DNA of 34,493 nucleotides from Bigelowiella natans CCMP2755 (lineage: Eukaryota; Protista; Cercozoa), in assembly GCA_000320545.1 (NCBI GenBank), contig ADNK01000003.1:1-34493 (forward strand), in the 5' to 3' direction. Below are positions 1-12,529 of this stretch, in pieces (the stretch's first letter is position 1; every line of letters starts with the position of its first letter). The notes below the pieces were generated by a model. It saw nothing but the letters and a program-made list of their open reading frames with translations, had not been told where the DNA came from and did not search any database. A program made the position numbers and the translations under genes.

Positions 1-417
1 CCCCCCCCCCTCCTCTGCTTCCTATCTGTTGTTGCCTCTTACCAACCTACACAATTACGGTGCCTGTACAATGTCAGCGCTGCAGAGCCATACCTACGAG
101 TACGATCGATCGAAGAAAGTTTTTTACGCTCACTTTGATTTATAATTAATGTGTCCCATAGGAAGAGTTAAGGGGAATGAAGTACAAGAAAGAGCTGTGT
201 TCTCCAAAAGCAGCCATAAGTTCGGGATTTCCTTTACTGAAAGAAATATTAATCCTCATTCATAACGTCATTTACTGTGTGCAACACGGAAACGTGGAAA
301 ATACTTGATGTAATCACTTGAGTTGTTTCAGAACAACCTTCTATTATTTTAAGATTGCATCGTTCCCCCACAACGATGATCTCCAAAATGTATATTTATT
401 ATGAGTACCGTAGCAGT

Positions 418-1721
418 TTGGAGAGATGCCTCGTAGCTGGAGGCATAGGAATATATGGCGGTTCAAAGCGATCAGAACTCCACTGAACCCCTACGAATCA
501 GATGGGTACGGTTGTGGAGAGATCTTAGAGACATTCATAAACAACTACCATGTCGATGAGGAATCTCCTTCATCTTTCATTACTATTATCTATCAGTCTT
601 CTTCGCAGTCGCAGTATTATAACAAATAAATATACCTCCACAGGGATTTTGGCATGGAAGAATGTCCTCCTCACAGTCGTAACCATAGAGCACTCGCACC
701 TGGTTAGTAATTTTGTTGCTTTACAGCTCAGACGATCGATGGTGACGATTAGTGATTGCTACATAGAAAGAGATTGTGTACGTGCGACACATCGATCATG
801 ACGAGACGTTCTCATAAAAGCATCCGGTTGATCATATCCCCGAGACCTCCCTCTCTAGAGAAGAAGCAGTATTTTGTGATAAATGAGTTCCTCCTGTGCT
901 TTGATGTTGGCCTTCACTACCAATGTTTGTTCTCTGTGAGTAGCATCTTCTTTATCCTGGTGCTTATCTTCACTATTATTTTCAAGATGGGGACGCTGAT
1001 GAGGCTTCCAATTTCCTTTACCCTCTAGGAAAACACAAGCAAGTGTGTGTGTGCGTGTGTGTGCGTGTGTGTGAGAGAGAGAGAGAGGGGGGGGAGGGGG
1101 GGGGGGGAAGAAGAAAGAGAGGAAGAAAGAGAGATACATAGAATGGAAACGTTGGAGAAATGAACATAGCGGGAAGAAAAAGCGTTGATTCTCCCCCTTT
1201 TGCCTCTCGCAACTGACTAGCTGACTGACTGAATGACTGCTAATGCTGTTAGCTTATCATTTACCACTATCATGGTAGTGATCAAACACCACACTATTCT
1301 CCAGTGTCCGAAGTTCCTTTTCTAACAGCTTCCCGTATTCTTCCCCCTATTAATCAATTACGGTGATGATGTGACGATGACGATAACAGATGGCATGCAT
1401 AACGAAAATCGAGTGAAACGATTCTCTAGCCTGCAAAGATATCAGAGATTAGCTTCTGTATGCTAAGAGGATGGATATATGACTCTTTCTGTGGTAATAT
1501 TACCATGCAGCGCGTAGAAAGGTAGACAGGGTAAGACCCTTCCGGATTGCACCCCCCCCCTGGCGTGTACGCGTGCAGGAGAGGCGACACGATGGTCTAG
1601 TTATCGCGACAGACAACAACGAAATAATGAGCGCAAAGCATCATGTGGCTCCTTAACAGTACGATGCTATTCGAGTGAAACCCTGACTGTAGCATGTGTT
1701 TCAGAGCGTATGTAACACAAC

Positions 1722-1756
<35 letters not shown>

Positions 1757-3430
1757 GTGTGAAAGAAAAGAGCAGGGAATATGGTGATGGGACTACCCAT
1801 CGTCGCTTGTTCAATGCAGGCACCTGTTGGACCTTGGAAAACATTAATAATGACCCGTTTGAATGACATCATTGTCATCGTCTACGTCGTCGTCGTTGTC
1901 ACATCATCACTATCGTTAGCATTATGACGCTGTTCTCTGTGTGGTAATAGCGAGTACAGTGATAATGATGCCAATGATGAAGATGATGATGACGATGATA
2001 GTGGGTTTGGGACCTGCTTTCGGTTGACTTTGAGGGTAGTCCCAAGATCCAAGTACACATCAACGATGCTTACGGTTCTAAAGCTTGTGGATAGTTTGGA
2101 GCTGCTGCTTTTTCGCAATTTGCAGGCACTGCTATTATTGTTATTATTATTATTAATAATAATATTATTATCATCCATGGTGTTTTCGATGTCCCTCTCA
2201 TCACCACCGCACGCGTCGCTATCATCATACTGAGTACATCGTATTCACTAAGTTAAGAGGAGGGATGCGATGGCGATAATACTTGGATATGCACGTGATG
2301 GTGATGGTGATGGTGATGGGGAGGAGGAGGGGGAGGAGGAGGAGGATGACAATGATGATGATTAGATTATAACTTGTTTGCATTATCGAAGTCGCATGAG
2401 ATGCGTGCTGCAGCCACTCCATAGTGGAAGGAGGACCCTTGTAATTGATAGGTGAGCAAGAGCAGATGTTAGTAGAGGTTGGCTTTCCACATTCTGAGAG
2501 TCGTTCACAATTGATAGCTATGAACATCCACATCGGTGTTAATTCAGTATCGTTCAATATATCAATATCATCAACGTCATTGATTGATTGTCGTTATTAT
2601 CTGCAGCACTAAAGTAAATACCTTGCCGGATAGACACTCGCTTATAAGCACATCCATCCCCTGCGAACATTCCACTCCACTCAGAGGCTAAACTTCCATC
2701 CGAGAGTATCTGGGATTGAAAACACAGGTATGTCGTGCATACAAATAGAAGAGTGCAAAATCATTCGTTTATGCAAAATTTCATCAAGCATTTAAAATTG
2801 ATAAAAATTGAATGGATTTATGTAAAATTTAGGGAGATCAAGAGCAATTTACTGCTATGATTACAAACCAATTTGATGTTGTCTGTCAACACTTGAACGT
2901 CGTTTAACCCTTGCCTAACCGATATTTCTTCCCGAATCTCGCCGCCATTCACTTGTCCATTTTTCCTTCTCTCCGGGTCCACAGAGACATTTACAACGTC
3001 TGTGAGCTTCTCATCTGCACGTGTAATCGTTGCGGCCTAAGGAATGCATATAATGCGGTACATATAAAATCGAAGAATCAGCTTTCAGAATTTTCAATGT
3101 AAGTCCAGATAAATGATAATATAAAATCAAAAGCCGAAGATATCAAGGTACCTTGCCGTTGAAGACAGCCGAATCTCCCTGTAAACCATATAGTTGGACT
3201 CGAATACCAGCCTTTAACTTTATGCTCGGAACACCCCAGCGAAAACTTTTTGGGGAATTAAATCTTTGTCCTCGCACTTCTCCGTCATTGGTATGGGTGT
3301 TGAGGCTTTCTCGAGATATGCTAGCATTCGCAACAAACGATGATGATGATGAGGAGGAGGAGGAGGAGAAGAAAGCTGGGATACCAGGAGCGGTAGAAAC
3401 TTTCGTGGTACTCGTCGTCAACGACGCCAT
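418..3430 (-). CDS. Multi-exon hypothetical protein, 3' end unresolved (probably continues toward or past the window start)
   Basis: The first exon from ATG 3430 ends ...LKAGIRVQLYGLQGDSAVFNGK|gtacc. It splices at tag| to AATITRADEKLTDVVNVSVDPERR..., then ILSDGSLASEWSGMFAGDGCAYKRVSIRQ|gtattt. Further short GT-AG-flanked open blocks run down to about 420. Downstream frames are not securely linked. Confidence 0.55.
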
Positions 3431-3721
3431 ATAGGATGATGTCTTTTCTCGTGTTTTATTTCAGGAAGTGACAGATTCGGATCGTTTAACTGGGTATCTG
3501 CTTTGTAGTAGGTCCACAGCCAACGATGATCAGGAGAAGGACCTGCTAGGACTTTTTGTCACCAAGCTACTACCCGCTGAATTTATGTTGTTGTCTATGG
3601 GCCGCCAGCCAGCGCTAGTCGATCCTCATGTTAAATAAGCTGTGACTAGATATTTAGCTGCCTCTAGGACGCACACCTAAAACTTTTGGCACACAACCCC
3701 TCCTAATGCAGGCCTAGAACA

Positions 3722-5902
3722 ATGCCGGTACTTGGCCGAGCCGATGATGATGATGAATCGGGTCGGGACAGGGGCGAAATAGACGAGACTCTCGAGCAAG
3801 TCTACAGGGCAGACAGGATGTCGCAGATGTATAAATACACTGCATTTTGACCTGTTTTACACCATTATTGGCGTGACATGGTAAAAAGGGATCATCGACC
3901 CACATCTCAGATCAGTTTCCGACGGACCGATCAGTGAGGACCTGCATTTTGTGTAAGATGAAAGGGAAAATATCCTTACGACAGTCTAAAAATGTTGACG
4001 CACTCTCGGATATTAGTACTAGTTGTAAGTCAATCAGTCATAGAATAATGATATTTTGTCAGATACTCTGGGGATACATATACAGAATTCACAGTTTCGA
4101 GCGGCCCGACCAACGTTGCGAAATAAGAAAGCCAGGGCCCTTGAGATAGGGATGGTGGAAGGTTGGAGCTTGTCATTTTTTAAAATGAAACCCTTACACG
4201 TGCATGACTTGCATCCCCCCCCCAACCCAACTCTAGTAAGCAGCATAAATTATCACGTTCTATTGTGAAGTAGATTCCTCCTCGATGGTTTTTTTTAACG
4301 ACCTGCTAACTACTAGGAGAAGCGAGCACACCGCGGCCACTGATTGTCAGGTAACAGGAGAGCGAATAGAATGGTTCTTTGTTATTGTTATTGTTGTTGT
4401 TGTTGTCGTTGTTACTTTTGGTTACATTCATACAATTTTGTCTCTGATGCTGATGCGATGACACAGGACATATGAGTTCCTCAACCCTCGCGGAGACGAT
4501 GCGGTAAAAATCCCAATATCCATAATAAAAATGACAAACATTAGTGTCTTCTATGCTGCCATTTCTTGAAAGGAGTATTTGATGTATTGCCATTTAAGTC
4601 GTCTGCCTTGTTCAATAGTCTGGTGATGCCGTCGTTGCCGTTTATCATATTAGGTTGACTCTTGGGAGGAGAGATGGGGACTACAGTTTGAAAATTTCAT
4701 CATGGTAAAACAATGTAATGTCGCTTGGAAAGCGACGGTGAAAACATGATTATCATACAACCTACAAAAAATGGAATTGTTTAAGGTGATCATTGGACTC
4801 AACGTGGTAACCTTTGCGCTATCCACTGTGGACGAGGTATTATGATGAAATCCCATCATTGTATCCCTCTCACATCATATCAGATTGGTCGTCAGAGAAG
4901 CAACAACATTCACTACTCACTGCAAGCAGTCAATTTGATCATCGTGTCTATGTTACCATGCAGATCAACCAGAATGACACCGCCACCGCCGTGTTTGGGT
5001 GGTTCGAAACTTGTTCTGTCTTAATATTCACTATGGAGCTCATAGTGCGCATTTGGTACTACTAATATCAAATTAGCGGAACTGAGAATGTACAGAATAG
5101 TTGCGAAAATTCCCTTTGGATAATATTGCACGATGATGATGATGATGATGATGATGATGATCCTTTACATTTTCACTGGCCACGGCTGCCTGTTGCGTCA
5201 TTTTTGGATAAACCGTTCCAATTACTCCTGACTGCCTTATCGCAAGGGGAAAAACATAGTCGGGTTTATTCACTTTAGCTGGGAAGCAGCTTAATATCAT
5301 TCTTCTCCTTATTGTTACATTCAATTCAATTTACCCTGTCCTGATAGCCCAAGAAACCTCATCTCCATTTTCTCACGGTCAACCATAACAGGGGAGAGTG
5401 AAAAAACAACAACTTGTTGTTGTTGCAAGATTTTGATAGCTGCTATTGCTGCTGTCCTCATCATCACAGCGTATAGAGTCTATCAAACCCTACATACCCA
5501 TCAAAGAGATATTGCTTCTTCATCAACGTTGTAAAATCACACTACTTAACAACTGAAAGGTCTTCCCCTGGCCAGGACGTGGAAGATTCAATAGATAACC
5601 CGAGCCTCACTGTAAGCATATAATTTTGTTGGCTACTTACATTTCACCTGCTTCATATCCCCTTCCCTCCTCCATCACCATCATCATCATCACATGTTGG
5701 TTGTTATTCCAGGTTCGTCCTCCATGGAGAGCAAGATTAGGTTACGTGCTCAGCTTCTATGGGTAAGAAGTCACTGCTGCTGCTGCTGCTGCTGCTGGTG
5801 GTGGTGGTGTGGGAAAGGAGGCGGGTGTTATAAAGCTGCAGTTTTCTAAGTGTTTGAATGTACTCGAAGATTGTCCATGGCCTTCTAATCCCTATTCCTG
5901 TT

Positions 5903-5939
<37 letters not shown>

Positions 5940-6086
5940 GTTGTTGTTGTTTATGGGTCTACAGGTTGATCGATCTTGCTGCAGTGGTTCCGTGGTATAT
6001 TGACCAGGCGCTACCCAATGAATCTTGGAGTAAGAAGGAAGAAGAAGAAGAAGAAGAAGAAGAAGCCCACTCACACGCATACGCAC

Positions 6087-6162
<76 letters not shown>

Positions 6163-6334
6163 GAGGACCTTACTTAATATCTGATTGCTGGGAAATGATA
6201 AAGAACACTATAAACGGTTGGTTGTTTGTTATTCAAGAGTCTACCAACGTAATTCGAGTGGTACGTCTGAGCAGAATGCTGCGAGGTACACTATCAGTAA
6301 TGTAGTAGGAGTAGCACTTTGTAGTTCTAGAAGA

Positions 6335-6367
<33 letters not shown>

Positions 6368-6371
6368 TATA

Positions 6372-6411
<40 letters not shown>

Positions 6412-6986
6412 ATCATCATTCGGTGGTGTGATGGTGTGGTGTTAAATGTCGTCTTCGTGTTGTTTCTCCCCCCTTCGTAGGCCCTCAAGCTCAGGAGGCG
6501 GAATCGATGTTAAAGCAAGTATTCACAGACCAGAGGGAAGTACTCACCGTCACTTTATATGCGGCTTGCGCCCTATGGCTAGTCTTCGGTGCGTATTATT
6601 ATTTCCTCTATGTTCATATACGTCAATCAATTAATCGCCGCCATCTTCTTCTAATCATTCCCTCCAGCACATTAGTTATCCTTGATATTTTCTTTTTTTT
6701 TTGTCTGTCTTGCAGCTGTTTTGATGTATCTTTCTGAGAGTGACGACCACGACGAGGTTAATGGCCTTCTCATGTCACAGAGATACGGTTGGATTTTGCT
6801 GATGAAAGCGTTCTCAGCAAATATCTGATTGCTAATGTTGTTGGTAGGTACAATCCCTAACTCCCTGTGGTACACGCTTGTACACCTCACGGGTGACTTT
6901 CCCCTTGTCGATTACAGCATATGCGGAAAATTGGTGGGTACTTAGTGATATTATCACGATTTTATATATGCCTTTGTTCTTCCATT

Positions 6987-7018
<32 letters not shown>

Positions 7019-8223
7019 ATTGTCCAGAATATGTTAAGGCTGTGGACTACTCCTTTTGCCTTTTTCTTCTTCATCTACTACTTTTCATCATCACATAACA
7101 GCCATCAACCATTAGGTGTTGGCGGTGATGATACTCGCAGCTGTTGCGGTTAGTAATAACAGAGAAGAAGACGAAGAAGAAGAAGAAGATAATGATGATA
7201 ATGAAGTGCACATTAGTAACTTGAACACACGAATTAATTAATTTTATATGTAAATACGTACTTACAGCAAGCTTTACTAGATTTTTTACTGAATGACTAT
7301 CTTTCCTCTTCCTTCTTCTCTTTGTTCTTGATTGTCTTCTTCACGGCTGCCATCCATTTCTTGCCTGTATTTTGCATATGTACCCGCTGTTTTCGCTTTG
7401 CATTCCAATTATATTCTGAATTGGGCCATACGACGTACACGTCGTAATAACCAGGTTGTGTGCCTTCCCGCCGGCATATATGCTGATGCTTTCCAAGATT
7501 TAATGACAAAACGTGCAAAGGCCTTGCAGATTAAAGAGGTAGGGAGGAGGAGGAGGACAGGCACCAGCTGCTATTCCTCGTAGTATCTCTCAACCTATCT
7601 ATCAAAGAGGAGGAAGAACGCTTTCCATTGTTATCCCCTCCTAACCCTCTCACGTGCTCGATCTGAATGATATGATTGTCTTGATTCCTCTCGCAGGAGA
7701 ACGAGAGGAAAACGGTGCTATCTCTGCAGCAGCAGCAGCAGCAGCAGGAGGGAAAGCCTTTGCTTAGTGGAGGAAATTTGATGTACTATCATTCAATGGA
7801 GAGAGAGAAAGAAGGGAGGGGGTTGCATTCTCACCCAGAAACAAAATCGGCAGCAGCAGGAAGAGGGCAGAAGAAGCAGCTCAAGTTGTCTCAGGTTGTA
7901 TCGGATGAACCAGCAGCAGCAGCAGCTGCAGCATCGTCGTCGCAAGGGTTATTAGCGGAAAGAAGTAGCGGTGATTATGATGATGGAATCATCGGAATAC
8001 ACCCGACCAATCGTTCATTCAAGATGATGAAGAAAAAGACAATAAGAGCCCAAACCTATGAGTAATTATCTAATAATGTATACGATGTGTATACGATGAC
8101 GAATGTAATGATACAACGACGACGACCACGACGAATGAGAAAACAATCGATGTTAGTGAGTATTACCTACACAACTGATCTTGAGTTGTCAATGAAATCG
8201 CCAACAACAACAACTGAGCAAGT

Positions 8224-8259
<36 letters not shown>

Positions 8260-8763
8260 TATGCGTATGGTTTTTGGTAGTATCGTATTTGGCGTGTCGC
8301 AACTGGGTACATATGTGGAATGGATCATTCTATCGACTATTGGCATTGCAACGGTGAGTGTTGCTCCTTGTGCTTTTGTCTTACCACAAACCAACACCAC
8401 CAAAACGACAAACACCATTATTGTTATCATTATCATCACACTACTGCTACTACTGCTACTACTGCTACTACTACTTGTTGTGTTGTTGATGTAACGACGA
8501 ACAAGGTGTCTTTCGTCCTATCCACCGTCGAGGAACTCAATCACCATGGCGGCGAAGATGTCTTCTATTACATTGAGGTGCCGCTGCTTCTAACTCTAAT
8601 TTGCTACTACTACTACTACTACTACTACTACCACTACTAATACAACCCCTATCACACCAATACGATTAGTATTAAAACATCCCCATCTGCTGCCATTAGT
8701 AGCTTTCTCAACTTCTGCTACTAGCATGATGACAGAACATCATGGGTTATATATACATAATAT

Positions 8764-8815
<52 letters not shown>

Positions 8816-8861
8816 TTAATATCTGAATGCTTTGTGGTCGTTGCGGTGTTGTTATCCGCGC

Positions 8862-8892
<31 letters not shown>

Positions 8893-9411
8893 TGATATAC
8901 ATAGGCTGTATGTGTTGGTATATTCACTCTTGAATACATCTGTCGTCTATGGAGCTGTGTCGAGGACCCCGTTGTCAAAAGAAAAGCAATATCACACTGG
9001 TAGGCAGCACAGCTTAGAAGCAGGCAAACAGCGATATATGTGGAGATTAGTTATTTACTACTCTGACACTTGGCTTAAATCATCTTGATCATCATCATCA
9101 TCATCATCCTGTAGTTACTCTCGGTGGTTGTTCTGCACGTGCTTCTTCTCAATCATCGATTTGGCCTCAATCTTGGTTCCTTCTAACTTACTATTATTGC
9201 TTTGCTGTTTTTGATGTTGCTCAACACATTGGCTGCAGCAGTTTACATCTCTTCACACGCGACTGAGCTCCATTGTTATTGTTGTTGTTGTTGTTGTTGC
9301 GTATGTTTAGCCTTTCTACGTGGATCTGGCACTCGGTCCAGGAAATCAGCTTGAAAATACTTCTGCTATCAGAGCACTGCGGTTGTTTCGTGTGCTTCAG
9401 GTTCTCTTTCC

Positions 9412-9442
<31 letters not shown>

Positions 9443-10443
9443 GGTGGTGTCTCTTTCAATTCCCTTTCATGGGGTATTTTTCTCTTGAAAGTAGCAGTAG
9501 TAATATAGAAGTAGTATTTATACGAAACTTTGAACGCAATCTCATCTTTCTCTTACGGATTTTTTTTTTTGATTTCTCTCTCCACAGCTACACTGCTTTG
9601 GGCACATCAATAGCAGTGGTATCGTATCTGTGAATGGTTGATTATGATTATTATTGCATCAGGCCGAGAAATACGTGGCAGCATTTAGCATGTTCAATGA
9701 CGTCTGGGAAGAGAATAAATACATCCTCATGTAAGGGGCGGGATGGGGAGGGAGGGGGTCCGAATTACTGTCATTTATTGATATTCGCACTACTCTCATC
9801 GATCGATGGACTCCTCTCTTCCTGACTAATGACCGATGACGATTGCAGGTACACCGGAGTGTTAGCGTTGATTCTTTGGATAGCTGTTGCGAGTATGTTC
9901 TGGCTTCTGGAGGCTGGGAATCCCAACGTGGATGGTGAGAGAGACGGAATTCGTTAACTGAATGACATACGATGCCACTATTTACGAGAGTGATGATGAT
10001 AACAACGAGAACGATGATACTAATGACCACAATGCTTATGCTGGTTTAATATCTTAACAAATGTGCTGCTGCTCGATGGTTGCCTTTTTTTGATATCTGA
10101 TACGATGATTACAGGAGCATTCGATACGGTGCCAAACTCGTTGTTTATGACCGCAATATTCATGGGCGGGGAGTGGGCAGAGGTAATAATCCAGACGGCA
10201 CACGAACACGAAATGATACTCTGAAATTCGATACCTAAAGTGCTAATTGCTGATGTTCTGCAGACCGATTTTACCCCTGGTGGAAAAGTGCTAGGCGTTT
10301 TCATGTGCTGGGTTGCCATTAACTTGTTCGCTGTCCCCATTGGAATCATCGCTTCAGGGTTTGAAGCTGTGTCTACGAGGGAGAGAAAAAAGAAAAAGAG
10401 ACTAGGGCTTAATTACTGGGCATTGCAACAAGCTAGAGAGTGA
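3722..10443 (+). CDS. Voltage-gated ion channel superfamily protein with two tandem Kv-like 6TM (Ion_trans) repeats; many exons, start approximate
   Basis: Repeat 1 spliced exons: FENFIMVIIGLNVVTFALSTVDE (S1), WFETCSVLIFTMELIVRIW (S2), LIDLAAVVPWYID (S3), VIRVVRLSRMLR (S4), TLYAACALWLVFG (S5), RYGTIPNSLWYTLVHLTGDFPLVDY (pore), VCLPAGIYADAF (S6). Repeat 2: VSFVLSTVEEL, AVCVGIFTLEYICRLWS, FSIIDLASILPFYVD, AIRALRLFRVLQ, AFDTVPNSLFMTAIFMGGEWAETDFT, LFAVPIGIIASGFEAV. Stop at 10441-10443. Confidence 0.88.
5905..6410. repeat. Intronic microsatellite cluster: (CAT)n, (GAA)n, (TA)n(GA)n, (CA)n(TA)n
   Basis: Seen directly inside channel-gene introns. It is representative of dozens of SSRs in 1-13600. 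Confidence 0.95.
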
Positions 10444-11009
10444 ATCTCCAAGTTGTCATTAGTTGACAGAAGATGATTGCAAATGACATGAAATGAAGTG
10501 TATTTAGTAGCTAATAGCCTGACTGCATGTTGCTAACATCTACGGTACGCATGCAGCTGGCTGGGTGCGCTAGTGCGGTTATGCTACAACTTCTCTAAGC
10601 TAGTCGTGAGTGTTCAGCTATCAACTAGATCAATGTGGCTTAATAGCATGGCTATACATTTAGATACTAAAGCAAGGAGCGGGCGCATGTATGTCTGGAT
10701 CTAGAGATCTAGAGATGGCGTGCATGGAATTATCGTAATAATAATCAGCGCCTTATTAGCTAGCTTAGTAGTGCAGCAGTGTATCTGAGTTCCCACACAT
10801 AGCTAACTAGCGTCTTAGTATTTGCCGAGTGGCCGACGAAGCATAGCATTGCGTAGTAGCGCACCTATTAGACTATATATGGGCATGAAAGCCGCACATT
10901 TATTCATAATACTCTGCAGTGTTGGCCATACTTATTAAATATGTAGATCTCAAATATGCATAGATTTGGGTAATGCTGCAGCAGTAACATCGCATTATAA
11001 CCAGGATGT

Positions 11010-12492
11010 TCAGCTCGAATCTTCCTGCATTTGGTTATTGGAATCATCGATGGAATGTCCATTGGCATCTTTTCCATTTCCCATGGATGCTTCCATATCC
11101 ACAGCACTCCTAAGAATCATTAAATTGGCACAATGTTTGTTCACGACCGGCTGCAATAAGATATGAGCTTCATCGCATTATTATCATCGTAAATCACATT
11201 AGTTGTGATTTTACTCACTGTTTTTTCTGATCTGTCGACGAAGAAGTGTTCGGCTTCGTCCCAGGGCCTTGTGTACTCGATGCAGTTGATGCCTGCTGTT
11301 GTACCGTCGCAACGCTTCCCCCTCCCTGTTTCGTATCCAAGATTCCGAAGAGACTGTGTGCAGACATCTTCGTGGGAATGCCGTCCTTTATCATTCTTCG
11401 GCAAATACGCATACAATACTGCCATAACTTGGCACAACACTACTACTACTACTACTACCACTACTACTAACACTATCAAATAAACAGTATGATCATCACG
11501 AAAACTACCTTGTAAAGGAGACGAGGCCTTCGTAGCGCTTGTGTGGCTCAGGCCCAACGCACACTAACACCTCCTAATTGACGGTGACAAAAATGATGAT
11601 GATGATGATGATGATTATGATGATAGTGATAATGACTCAAACTTGTCCTATGGTGAATGGTATTACCCCAGCTGTCGCTGCCCCTTTAGCCATCTTGGCC
11701 ATGACAGTTTGTAAGGTATCTGTTCGCGAGCAGAACGTGCATAATCTAGGGTGCTTCTGCGCAGCTTCTACGACGTCCAAATCGAGAACGCTAACAATCT
11801 CGTCGGACATGATTCGAATGTCGGACCTAGAGTACATTTCGATTGCCCTGCCTTCTTTGTCAACGACTACCACGCGACCAAGATTGTGCTTCACCAGTCC
11901 TGTCAGTACCTCTTTAAGGCAGGCTTGTCCCTTCGTCACAGTCTTTACACCATCACGGCTCACAATACCGAGCTGTTTTACTGTGAACATTAGAATCTCA
12001 TCGAAGAGGTTTTTGTTGTTGTTATTCGCAGCAATGGCCGCCGCGCCGCCTGCTGATCCCCGTGCCTTGGTATCGGAGTCAGCAGTTGAAGACGATGATT
12101 TGAGGGAGGATTGATTTTGATTATTCTCCAAACTGGTGATACTGGGGTTGTTGTTGTTATTTCCAGCTGCATGTGCGCTTAGTTGTCCAAAGAGGAACTA
12201 TGATGAGAGGAATAAAAAGATGAAAGGAGAGAAAGGTAGAGGGTAGTAGTTAGATGAAAAGCGGTTCTTCGACGAAGACCATTACTTTTTGTAACAATGA
12301 CTGTTTCGACATACTACATACACATAGGCAGTAGTATTACTTGTTGTAAAATTACTGCTCTCGGCACAAATTTTTGGAATTACATACAGATAAGCTATCA
12401 TAATAGAAGTTACCATCATTATTGTATTGCGTACAGATGAGCCACCATCACACACATTATCATCATTATGAGTTGTTCATCAAGCAGACACA

Positions 12493-12529
<37 letters not shown>

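Noticed and set aside
6781-6787. Possible 7-nt microexon in the channel gene
   Set aside because: The sequence reads through in frame from the previous exon (EVNGLLMSQRYG), so no microexon is needed.
855-9508. Poly-His, poly-Leu, poly-Val and HTHT ORFs in the track
   Set aside because: Translations of intronic microsatellites.
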